From: Utricularia gibba
Taxonomy: Eukaryota; Plantae; Magnoliophyta
Reading direction: 5' to 3'
DNA length: 64,000 nucleotides
Assembly: GCA_002189035.1 (NCBI GenBank)
Contig: NEEC01000159.1
Coordinates: 1-64,000, forward strand
Within the stretch, counting starts at the first letter, position 1. Each line of letters opens with the position of its first letter. Shown piece after piece: positions 1-11,670 of this stretch. The notes beneath the pieces were generated by a model. The model saw only the letters and a list, made by a program, of their open reading frames with translations. It was not told the origin of the DNA and ran no database searches. A program made the position numbers and the translations under genes.

Positions 1-3000
1 CAGAATCGACGCGATTGTGATTTTCGGCTTGCAAAACATCTGCGTTTTTTCGGGTGATGTGAAATATGGGTTTTCGAGGCGATCTTTGCACATGCTTAGG
101 GTGTGTCCTACGTGAAGCCTCATGGTTTCCTCGCACACCGTTCGCATCTCGTCGATATCCTGAAGACCGTGATGAGTCACGCTGCGCCCGGCATACCGTT
201 TCGAAGCTCGTTCCGAGCCGGTCATCTTCCGTGTTTAAAGCTTCTTCGTCCGAGGATGCATCAGAGCTCGAATTATCGCCTTCTATTAGCCTTCAATGCG
301 CCACAAAGTGGCCACCACGTTCGCGACGATGCGACTTGTAACAGAATCGACGCGATTGTGATTTTCGGCTTGCAAAACATCTGCGTTTTTCGGGTGATGT
401 GAAATATGGGTTTTCGAGGCGATCTTTGCACATGCTTAGGGTGTGTCCTACCCGAAGCCTCATGGTTTCCTCGCACACCGTTCGGCATCTCGTCGATATC
501 CTGAAGACCGTGATGAGTCACGCTGCGCCCGGAATACCGTTTCGAAGCTCGTTCCGAGCCGGTCATCTTCCGTGTTGAAAGCTTCTTCGTCCGAGGATGC
601 ATCAGAGCTCGAATTATCGCCTTCTATTAGCCTTCAGATGCGCCACAAAGTGGCCACACGTTCGCGACGATGCGACTTGGAACACCAAAATCGACGCGAT
701 TGTGATTTTCGGCTTGCAAAACATCTGCGTTTTTTCGGGTGATGTGAAATATGGGTTTTCGAGGCGATCTTTGCACATGCTTAGGGTGTGTCCCTACCGA
801 AGCCTCATGGTTTCCTCGCACACGTTCGGCATCTCGTCGATATCCTGAAGACCGTGATGAGTCACGCTGCGCCCGGCATACCGTTTCGAAGCTCGTTCCG
901 AGCCGGTCATCTTCCGTGTTGAAAGCTTCTTCGTCCGAGGATGCATCAGAGCTCGAATTATCGCCTTCTATTAGCCTTCAGATGCGCCACAAAGTGGCCA
1001 CCACGTTCGCGACGATGCGACTTGTAACACCAGAATCGACGCGATTGTGATTTTCGGCTTGCAAAACATCTGCGTTTTTTGGGTGATGTGAAATATGGGT
1101 TTTCGAGGCGATCTTTGCACATGCTTAGGGTGTGTCCTACCGAAGCCTCATGGTTTCCTCGCACACCGTTCGGCATCTCGTCGATATCCTGAAGACCGTG
1201 ATGAGTCACGCTGCGCCCGGAATACCGTTTCGAAGCTCGTTCCGAGCCGGTCATCTTCCGTGTTTAAAGCTTCTTCGTCCGAGGATGCATCAGAGCTCGA
1301 ATTATCGCCTTCTATTAGCCTTCAGATGCGCCACAAAGTGGCCACCACGTTCGCGACGATGCGACTTGGAACACAAAAATCGACGCGATTGATTTTCGGC
1401 TTGCAAAACATCTGCGTTTTTTCGGGTGATGTGAAATATGGGTTTTCGAGGCGATCTTTGCACATGCTTAGGGTGTGTCCTACGTGAAGCCTCATGGTTT
1501 CCTCGCACACCGTTCGGCATCTCGTCGATATCCTGAAGACCGTGATGAGTCACGCTGCGCCCGGATACCGTTTCGAAGCTCGTTCCGAGCCGGTCATCTT
1601 CCGTGTTTAAAGCTTCTTCGTCCGAGGATGCATCAGAGCTCGAATTATCGCCTTCTATTAGCCTTCAGATGCGCCACAAAGTGGCCACCACGTTCGCGAC
1701 GATGCGACTTGTAACACCAGAATCGACGCGATTGTGATTTTCGGCTTGCAAAACATCTGCGTTTTTTCGGGTGATGTGAAATATGGGTTTTCGAGGCGAT
1801 CTTGCACATGCTTAGGGTGTGTCTACCGAAGCCTCATGGTTTCCTCGCACACCGTTCGGCATCTCGTCGATATCCTGAAGACCGTGATGAGTCACGCTGC
1901 GCCCGGAATACCGTTTCGAAGCTCGTTCCGAGCCGGTCATCTTCCGTGTTGAAAGCTTCTTCGTCCGAGGATGCATCAGAGCTCGAATTATCGCCTTCTA
2001 TTAGCCTTCAGATGCGCCACAAAGTGGCCACCACGTTCGCAACGATGCGACTTGGAACACCAGAATCGACGCGATTGTGATTTTCGGCTTGCAAAACATC
2101 TGCGTTTTTTCGGGTGATGTGAAATATGGGTTTTCGAGGCGATCTTGCACATGCTTAGGGTGTGTCCCTACCCGAAGCCTCATGGTTTCCTCGCACACCG
2201 TTCGGCATCTCGTCGATATCCTGAAGACCGTGATGAGTCACGCTGCGCCCGGATACCGTTTCGAAGCTCGTTCCGAGCCGGTCATCTTCCGTGTTGAAAG
2301 CTTCTTCGTCCGAGGATGCATCAGAGCTCGAATTATCGCCTTCTATTAGCCTTCAGATGTGCCACAAAGTGGCCACCACGTTCGCGACGATGCGACTTGT
2401 AACACCAGAATCGACGCGATTGTGATTTTCGGCTTGCAAAACATCTGCGTTTTTTGGGTGATGTGAAATATGGGTTTTCGAGGCGATCTTTGCACATGCT
2501 TAGGGTGTGTCCTACGTGAAGCCTCATGGTTTCCTCGCACACCGTTCGGCATCTCGTCGATATCCTGAAGACCGTGATGAGTCACGCTGCGCCGGCATAC
2601 CGTTTCGAAGCTCGTTCCGAGCCGGTCATCTTCCGTGTTTAAAGCTTCTTCGTCCGAGGATGCATCAGAGCTCGAATTATCGCCTTCTATTAGCCTTCAG
2701 ATGCGCCAAAGTGGCCACCACGTTCGCGACGATGCGACTTGTAACACCAGAATCGACGCGATTGTGATTTTCGGCTTGCAAAACATCTGCGTTTTTTGGG
2801 TGATGTGAAATATGGGTTTTCGAGGCGATCTTGCACATGCTTAGGGTGTGTCCTACCCGAAGCCTCATGGTTTCCTCGCACACCGTTCGGCATCTCGTCG
2901 ATATCCTGAAGACCGTGATGAGTCACGCTGCGCCCGGAATACCGTTTCGAAGCTCGTTCCGAGCCGGTCATCTTCCGTGTTGAAAGCTTCTTCGTCCGAG

Positions 3001-6000
3001 GATGCATCAGAGCTCGAATTATCGCCTTCTATTAGCCTTCAGATGCGCCACAAAGTGGCCACCACGTTCGCAACGATGCGACTTGGAACACCAGAATCGA
3101 CGCGATTGTGATTTTCGGCTTGCAAAACATCTGCGTTTTTTCGGGTGATGTGAAATATGGGTTTTCGAGGCGATCTTTGCACATGCTTAGGGTGTGTCCT
3201 ACGTGAAGCCTCATGGTTTCCTCGCACACCGTTCGGCATCTCGTCGATATCCTGAAGACCGTGATGAGTCACGCTGCGCCCGGAATACCGTTTCGAAGCT
3301 CGTTCCGAGCCGGTCATCTTCCGTGTTTAAAGCTTCTTCGTCCGAGGATGCATCAGAGCTCGAATTATCGCCTTCTATTAGCCTTCAGATGCGCCACAAA
3401 GTGGCCACCACGTTCGCGACGATGCGACTTGTAACACCAGAATCGACGCGATTGTGATTTTCGGCTTGCAAAACATCTGCGTTTTTTGGGTGATGTGAAA
3501 TATGGGTTTTCGAGGCGATCTTTGCACATGCTTAGGGTGTGTCCTACCCGAAGCCTCATGGTTTCCTCGCACACCGTTCGGCATCTCGTCGATATCCTGA
3601 AGACCGTGATGAGTCACGCTGCGCCCGGAATACCGTTTCGAAGCTCGTTCCGAGCCGGTCATCTTCCGTGTTGAAAGCTCTTCGTCCAGGATGCATCAGA
3701 GCTCGAATTATCGCCTTCTATTAGCCTTCAGATGCGCCCACAAGTGGCCACCACGTTCGCAACGATGCGACTTGGAACACAAATCGACGCGATTGTGATT
3801 TTTCGGCTTGCAAAACATCTGCGTTTTTTCGGGTGATGTGAAATATGGGTTTTCGAGGCGATCTTTGCACATGCTTAGGGTGTGTCCCTACGTGAAGCCT
3901 CATGGTTTCCTCGCACACCGTTCGGCATCTCGTCGATATCCTGAAGACCGTGATGAGTCACGCTGCGCCCGGATACCGTTTCGAAGCTCGTTCCGAGCCG
4001 GTCATCTTCCGTGTTGAAAGCTTCTTCGTCCGAGGATGCATCAGAGCTCGAATTATCGCCTTCTATTAGCCTTCAGATGTGCCACAAAGTGGCCACCACG
4101 TTCGCGACGATGCGACTTGTAACACCAGAATCGACGCGATTGTGATTTTCGGCTTGCAAAACATCTGCGTTTTTTCGGGTGATGTGAAATATGGGTTTTC
4201 GAGGCGATCTTTGCACATGCTTAGGGTGTGTCCTACGTGAAGCCTCATGGTTTCCTCGCACACCGTTCGGCATCTCGTCGATATCCTGAAGACCGTGATG
4301 AGTCACGCTGCGCCCGGATACCGTTTCGAAGCTCGTTCCGAGCCGGTCATCTTCCGTGTTTAAAGCTTCTTCGTCCGAGGATGCATCAAGCTCGAATTAT
4401 CGCCTTCTATTAGCCTTCAGATGCGCCACAAAGTGGCCACCACGTTCGCGACGATGCGACTTGGAACACAAAATCGACGCGATTGTGATTTTCGGCTTGC
4501 AAAACATCTGCGTTTTTTGGGTGATGTGAAATATGGGTTTTCGAGGCGATCTTTGCACATGCTTAGGGTGTGTCCCTACCCGAAGCCTCATGGTTTCCTC
4601 GCACACCGTTCGGCATCTCGTCGATATCCTGAAGACCGTGATGAGTCACGCTGCGCCCGGCATACCGTTTCGAAGCTCGTTCCGAGCCGGTCATCTTCCG
4701 TGTTGAAAGCTTCTTCGTCCGAGGATGCATCAGAGCTCGAATTATCGCCTTCTATTAGCCTTCAGATGCGCCACAAAGTGGCCACCACGTTCGCACGATG
4801 CGACTTGGAACACCAGAATCGACGCGATTGTGATTTTCGGCTTGCAAAACATCTGCGTTTTTTTCGGGTGATGTGAAATATGGGTTTTCGAGGCGATCTT
4901 TGCACATGCTTAGGGTGTGTCCTACTGAAGCCTCATGGTTTCCGCACACCGTTCGGCATCTCGTCGATATCCTGAAGACCGTGATGAGTCACGCTGCGCC
5001 CGGAATACCGTTTCGAAGCTCGTTCCGAGCCGGTCATCTTCCGTGTTTAAAGCTTCTTCGTCCGAGGATGCATCAGAGCTCGAATTATCGCCTTCTATTA
5101 GCCTTCAGATGCGCCACAAAGTGGCCACCACGTTCGCGACGATGCGACTTGGAACACCAAAAATCGACGCGATTGTATTTTCGGCTTGCAAAACATCTGC
5201 GTTTTTTGGGTGATGTGAAATATGGGTTTTCGAGGCGATCTTTGCACATGCTTAGGGTGTGTCCCTACCCGAAGCCTCATGGTTTCCTCGCACACCGTTC
5301 GGCATCTCGTCGATATCCTGAAGACCGTGATGAGTCACGCTGCGCCCGGATACCGTTTCGAAGCTCGTTCCGAGCCGGTCATCTTCCGTGTTGAAAGCTT
5401 CTTCGTCCGAGGATGCATCAGAGCTCGAATTATCGCCTTCTATTAGCCTTCAGATGTGCCACAAAGTGGCCACCACGTTCGCACGATGCGACTTGAACAC
5501 CAGAATCGACGCGATTGTGATTTTCGGCTTGCAAAACATCTGCGTTTTTTCGGGTGATGTGAAATATGGGTTTTCGAGGCGATCTTTGCACATGCTTAGG
5601 GTGTGTCCTACGTGAAGCCTCATGGTTTCCTCGCACACGCGGCATCTCGTCGATATCCTGAAGACCGTGATGAGTCACGCTGCGCCCGGATACCGTTTCG
5701 AAGCTCGTTCCGAGCCGGTCATCTTCCGTGTTTAAAGCTTCTTCGTCCGAGGATGCATCAAGAGCTCGAATTATCGCCTATTAGCCTTCAGATGCGCCAC
5801 AAAGTGGCCACACGTTCGCGAGCGACTTGGAACACCAAAATCGACGCGATTGATTTTCGGCTTGCAAAACATCTGCGTTTTTGGGTGATGTGAAATATGG
5901 GTTTTCGAGGCGATCTTTGCACATGCTTAGGGTGTGTCCCTACCGAAGCCTCATGGTTTCCTCGCACACCGTTCGGCATCTCGTCGATATCCTGAAGACC

Positions 6001-9000
6001 GTGATGAGTCACGCTGCGCCCGGCATACCGTTTCGAAGCTCGTTCCGAGCCGGTCATCTTCCGTGTTGAAAGCTTCTTCGTCCGAGGATGCATCAGAGCT
6101 CGAATTATCGCCTTCTATTAGCCTTCAGATGCGCCACAAAGTGGCCACCACGTTCGCGACGATGCGACTTGTAAACACCAAAATCGACGCGATTGTGATT
6201 TTCGGCTTGCAAACATCTGCGTTTTTGGGTGATGTGAAATATGGGTTTTCGAGGCGATCTTGCACATGCTTAGGGTGTGTCCCTACCCGAAGCCTCATGG
6301 TTTCCTCGCACACCGTTCGGCATCTCGTCGATATCCTGAAGACCGTGATGAGTCACGCTGCGCCCGGAATACCGTTTCGAAGCTCGTTCCGAGCCGGTCA
6401 TCTTCCGTGTTGAAAGCTTCTTCGTCCGAGGATGCATCAGAGCTCGAATTATCGCCTTCTATTAGCCTTCAGATGCGCCACAAAGTGGCCACCACGTTCG
6501 CGACGATGCGACTTGCAACAGAATCGACGCGATTGTATTTTCGGCTTGCAAAACATCTGCGTTTTTTCGGGTGATGTGAAATATGGGTTTTCGAGGCGAT
6601 CTTTGCACATGCTTAGGGTGTGTCCCTACCCGAAGCCTCATGGTTTCCTCGCACACGTTCGGCATCTCGTCGATATCCTGAAGACCGTGATGAGTCACGC
6701 TGCGCCCGGATATACCGTTTCGAAGCTCGTTCCGAGCCGGTCATCTTCCGTGTTGAAAGCTTCTTCGTCCGAGGATGCATCAGAGCTCGAATTATCGCCT
6801 TCTATTAGCCTTCAGATGCGCCACAAAGTGGCCACCACGTTCGCGACGATGCGACTTGTAACACCAGAATCGACGCGATTGTGATTTTCGGCTTGCAAAA
6901 CATCTGCGTTTTTTTCGGGTGATGTGAAATATGGGTTTTCGAGGCGATCTTTGCACATGCTTAGGGTGTGTCTACTGAAGCCTCATGGTTTCCTCGCACA
7001 CCGTTCGGCATCTCGTCGATATCCTGAAGACCGTGATGAGTCACGCTGCGCCCGGAATACCGTTTCGAAGCTCGTTCCGAGCCGGTCATCTTCCGTGTTT
7101 AAAGCTTCTTCGTCCGAGGATGCATCAGAGCTCGAATTATCGCCTTCTATTAGCCTTCAGATGCGCCACAAAGTGGCCACCACGTTCGCGACGATGCGAC
7201 TTGAACACCAAAATCGACGCGATTGTGATTTTCGGCTTGCAAAACATCTGCGTTTTTTGGGTGATGTGAAATATGGGTTTTCGAGGCGATCTTTGCACAT
7301 GCTTAGGGTGTGTCCCTACCCGAAGCCTCATGGTTTCCTCGCACACCGTTCGGCATCTCGTCGATATCCTGAAGACCGTGATGAGTCACGCTGCGCCCGG
7401 CATACCGTTTCGAAGCTCGTTCCGAGCCGGTCATCTTCCGTGTTGAAAGCTTCTTCGTCCGAGATGCATCAGAGCTCGAATTATCGCCTTCTATTAGCCT
7501 TCAGATGCGCCACAAAGTGGCCACCACGTTCGCGACGATGCGACTTGTAACACCAGAATCGACGCGATTGTGATTTTCGGCTTGCAAAACATCTGCGTTT
7601 TTTTCGGGTGATGTGAAATATGGGTTTTCGAGGCGATCTTTGCACATGCTTAGGGTGTGTCCTACCGAAGCCTCATGGTTTCCTCGCACACCGTTCGGCA
7701 TCTCGTCGATATCCTGAAGACCGTGATGAGTCACGCTGCGCCCGGAATACCGTTTGAAGCTCGTTCCGAGCCGGTCATCTTCCGTGTTTAAAGCTTCTTC
7801 GTCCGAGGATGCATCAGAGCTCGAATTATCGCCTTCTATTAGCCTTCAGATGCGCCACAAAGTGGCCACACGTTCGCGACGATGCGACTTGGAACACCAA
7901 AATCGACGCGATTGTGATTTTCGGCTTGCAAAACATCTGCGTTTTTTGGGTGATGTGAAATATGGGTTTTCGAGGCGATCTTTGCACATGCTTAGGGTGT
8001 GTCCCTACCCGAAGCCTCATGGTTTCCTCGCACACCGTTCGGCATCTCGTCGATATCCTGAAGACCGTGATGAGTCACGCTGCGCCCGGATAACCGTTTC
8101 GAAGCTCGTTCCGAGCCGGTCATCTTCCGTGTTGAAAGCTTCTTCGTCCAAGGATGCATCAGAGCTCGAATTATCGCCTTCTATTAGCCTTCAGATGCGC
8201 CACAAAGTGGCCACCACGTTCGCGACGATGCGACTTGTAACACCAGAATCGACGCGATTGTGATTTTCGGCTTGCAAAACATCTGCGTTTTTTCGGGTGA
8301 TGTGAAATATGGGTTTTCGAGGCGATCTTTGCACATGCTTAGGGTGTGTCCTACGTGAAGCCTCATGGTTTCCTCGCACACCGTTCGGCATCTCGTCGAT
8401 ATCCTGAAGACCGTGATGAGTCACGCTGCGCCCGGAATACCGTTTCGAAGCTCGTTCCGAGCCGGTCATCTTCCGTGTTTAAAGCTTCTTCGTCCGAGGA
8501 TGCATCAGAGCTCGAATTATCGCCTTCTATTAGCCTTCAGATGCGCCACAAAGTGGCCACCACGTTCGCGACGATGCGACTTGGAACACCAAAATCGACG
8601 CGATTGTGATTTTCGGCTTGCAAAACATCTGCGTTTTTTTGGGTGATGTGAAATATGGGTTTTCGAGGCGATCTTTGCACATGCTTAGGGTGTGTCCCTA
8701 CCCGAAGCCTCATGGTTTCCTCGCACACCGTTCGGCATCTCGTCGATATCCTGAAGACCGTGATGAGTCACGCTGCGCCCGGCATACCGTTTCGAAGCTC
8801 GTTCCGAGCCGGTCATCTTCCGTGTTGAAAGCTTCTTCGTCCGAGGATGCATCAGAGCTCGAATTATCGCCTTCTATTAGCCTTCAGATGCGCCACAAAG
8901 TGGCCACCACGTTCGCGACGATGCGACTTGTAACACCAGAATCGACGCGATTGTTTTCGGCTTGCAAAACATCTGCGTTTTTTCGGGTGATGTGAAATAT

Positions 9001-11600
9001 GGGTTTCGAGGCGATCTTTGCACATGCTTAGGGTGTGTCCTACTGAAGCCTCATGGTTTCCTCGCACACCGTTCGGCATCTCGTCGATATCCTGAAGACC
9101 GTGATGAGTCACGCTGCGCCCGGAATACCGTTTCGAAGCTCGTTCCGAGCCGGTCATCTTCCGTGTTTAAAGCTTCTTCGTCCGAGGATGCATCAGAGCT
9201 CGAATTATCGCCTTCTATTAGCCTTCAGATGCGCCACAAAGTGGCCACCACGTTCGCGACGATGCGACTTGGAACACCAAAATCGACGTGATTGTGATTT
9301 TCGGCTTGCAAAACATCTGCGTTTTTTCGGGTGATGTGAAATATGGGTTTTCGAGGCGATCTTTGCACATGCTTAGGGTGTGTCCCTACCCGAAGCCTCA
9401 TGGTTTCCTCGCACACCGTTCGGCATCTCGTCGATATCCTGAAGACCGTGATGAGTCACGCTGCGCCCGGCATACCGTTTCGAAGCTCGTTCCGAGCCGG
9501 TCATCCGTGTTGAAAGCTTCTTCGTCCAAGGATGCATCAGAGCTCGAATTATCGCCTTCTATTAGCCTTCAGATGCGCCACAAAGTGGCCACCACGTTCG
9601 CGACGATGCGACTTGTAACACACAAATCGACGCGATTGTGATTTTCGGCTTGCAAAACATCTGCGTTTTTTCGGGTGATGTGAAATATGGGTTTTCGAGG
9701 CGATCTTTGCACATGCTTAGGGTGTGTCCTACCCGAAGCCTCATGGTTTCCTCGCACACCGTTCGGCATCTCGTCGATATCCTGAAGACCGTGATGAGTC
9801 ACGCTGCGCCCGGAATACCGTTTTAAGCTCGTTCCGAGCCGGTCATCTTCCGTGTTTAAAGCTTCTTCGTCCGAGGATGCATCAGAGCTCGAATTATCGC
9901 CTTCTATTAGCCTTCAGATGCGCCACAAAGTGGCCACCACGTTCGCGACGATGCGACTTGGAACACCAAAATCGACGCGATTGATTTTCGGCTTGCAAAA
10001 CATCTGCGTTTTTTGGGTGATGTGAAATATGGTTTTCGAGGCGATCTTTGCACATGCTTAGGGTGTGTCCCTACCCGAAGCCTCATGGTTTCCTCGCACA
10101 CCGTTCGGCATCTCGTCGATATCCTGAAGACCGTGATGAGTCACGCTGCGCCCGGATACCGTTTCGAAGCTCGTTCCGAGCCGGTCATCTTCCGTGTTGA
10201 AAGCTTCTTCGTCCGAGGATGCATCAGAGCTCGAATTATCGCCTTCTATTAGCCTTCAGATGTGCCACAAAGTGGCCACCACGTTCGCGACGATGCGACT
10301 TGTAACACCAGAATCGACGCGATTGTGATTTTCGGCTTGCAAAACATCTGCGTTTTTTGGGTGATGTGAAATATGGGTTTTCGAGGCGATCTTTGCACAT
10401 GCTTAGGGTGTGTCCTACGAAGCCTCATGGTTTCCTCGCACACCGTTCGGCATCTCGTCGATATCCTGAAGACCGTGATGAGTCACGCTGCGCCCGGAAT
10501 ACCGTTTCGAAGCTCGTTCCGAGCCGGTCATCTTCCGTGTTTAAAGCTTCTTCGTCCGAGGATGCATCAAGCTCGAATTATCGCCTTCTATTAGCCTTCA
10601 GATGCGCCACAAAGTGGCCACCACGTTCGCGACGATGCGACTTGAACACCAAATCGACGCGATTGTGATTTTCGGCTTGCAAAACATCTGCGTTTTTTGG
10701 GTGATGTGAAATATGGGTTTTCGAGGCGATCTTTGCACATGCTTAGGGTGTGTCCTACCCGAAGCCTCATGGTTTCCTCGCACACCGTTCGGCATCTCGT
10801 CGATATCCTGAAGACCGTGATGAGTCACGCTGCGCCCGGAATACCGTTTCGAAGCTCGTTCCGAGCCGGTCATCTTCCGTGTTGAAAGCTTCTTCGTCCG
10901 AGGATGCATCAGAGCTCGAATTATCGCCTTCTATTAGCCTTCAGATGCGCCACAAAGTGGCCACCACGTTCGCGACGATGCGACTTGGAACACCAAAATC
11001 GACGCGATTGTGATTTTCGGCTTGCAAAACATCTGCGTTTTTTCGGGTGATGTGAAATATGGGTTTTCGAGGCGATCTTTGCACATGCTTAGGGTGTGTC
11101 CTACGAAAGCCTCATGGTTTCCTCGCACACCGTTCGGCATCTCGTCGATATCCTGAAGACCGTGATGAGTCACGCTGCGCCCGGAATACCGTTTTCGAAG
11201 CTCGTTCCGAGCCGGTCATCTTCCGTGTTTAAAGCTTCTTCGTCCGAGGATGCATCAGAGCTCGAATTATCGCCTTCTATTAGCCTTCAGATGCGCCACA
11301 AAGTGGCCACACGTTCGCGACGATGCGACTTTCGACGCGATTGTGATTTTCGGCTTGCAAAACATCTGCGTTTTTTGGGGTGATGTGAAATATGGGTTTT
11401 CGAGGCGATCTTTGCACATGCTTAGGGTGTGTCCCTACCCGAAGCCTCATGGTTTCCTCGCACACCGTTCGGCATCTCGTCGATATCCTGAAGACCGTGA
11501 TGAGTCACGCTGCGCCCGGTACCGTTTCGAAGCTCGTTCCGAGCCGGTCATCTTCCGTGTTGAAAGCTTCTTCGTCCGAGGATGCATCAGAGCTCGAATT
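1..11600 (+). repeat. Satellite subfamily block 1
   Basis: Monomers carry CCTTCTATT, mostly AGATGCGCC and GACGCGATTGTG, both TTGTAAC and TTGGAAC, and frequent CCTACGTG. The first CCTTATATT (block-2 marker) is at ~11605-11613. The boundary is approximate. Confidence 0.8.
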
Positions 11601-11670
11601 ATCGCCTTATATTAGCCTTCAGATGTGCCACAAATGGCCACCACGTTCGCGACGATGACTTTGAACACCA
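6868..11670 (+). repeat. Two-monomer higher-order repeat (~693 bp) in block 1
   Basis: 14 consecutive monomers alternate GTGTTTAAAG / GTGTTGAAAG without exception (7098 T, 7445 G, 7789 T, 8134 G, 8480 T, 8827 G ... 11230 T, 11562 G). Linked alternation at other columns is described in the findings. The same alternation occurs at 4129-6181. Confidence 0.85.
8593..8939 (+). repeat. Clean exemplar monomer (347 bp, block-1 'Y' type)
   Basis: AATCG at 8593 to the next AATCG at 8940 is 347 bp with no indel against the hand-built consensus. It has single HindIII (AAGCTT), SacI (GAGCTC), NsiI (ATGCAT), EcoRV (GATATC), BstBI (TTCGAA) and NruI (TCGCGA) sites. Confidence 0.95.

Noticed and set aside
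8641-8690. G-quadruplex
   Set aside because: There are only three GGG tracts per monomer, with long loops, and the next tract is ~300 bp away.
8764-8770. TGAGTCA (AP-1/GCN4-type site) in every monomer
   Set aside because: A single 7-mer with no promoter or gene context; chance occurrence multiplied by repetition.
8788-8800. tRNA gene or Pol III B-box (TTTCGAAGC, 8/9 to GTTCRANNC)
   Set aside because: There is no A-box at a suitable distance and no canonical cloverleaf arm or loop sizes.
8751-8835. Hammerhead ribozyme (as in newt or schistosome satellites): CTGAAGA fits CUGANGA and is followed by a hairpin
   Set aside because: No GAAA follows the candidate stem II (CGTGA-tgag-TCACG is followed by CTGCG). 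The minus-strand CGAAAC has no intact CUGANGA upstream, only CTGATGC and CTGAAGG. An Rfam search would settle it.
8593-8939. CENP-B box (TTCG-N4-A-N2-CGGG)
   Set aside because: Checked at every CGGG/CCCG on both strands. The spacing to TTCG/CGAA never fits; the closest is 4 nt too long.
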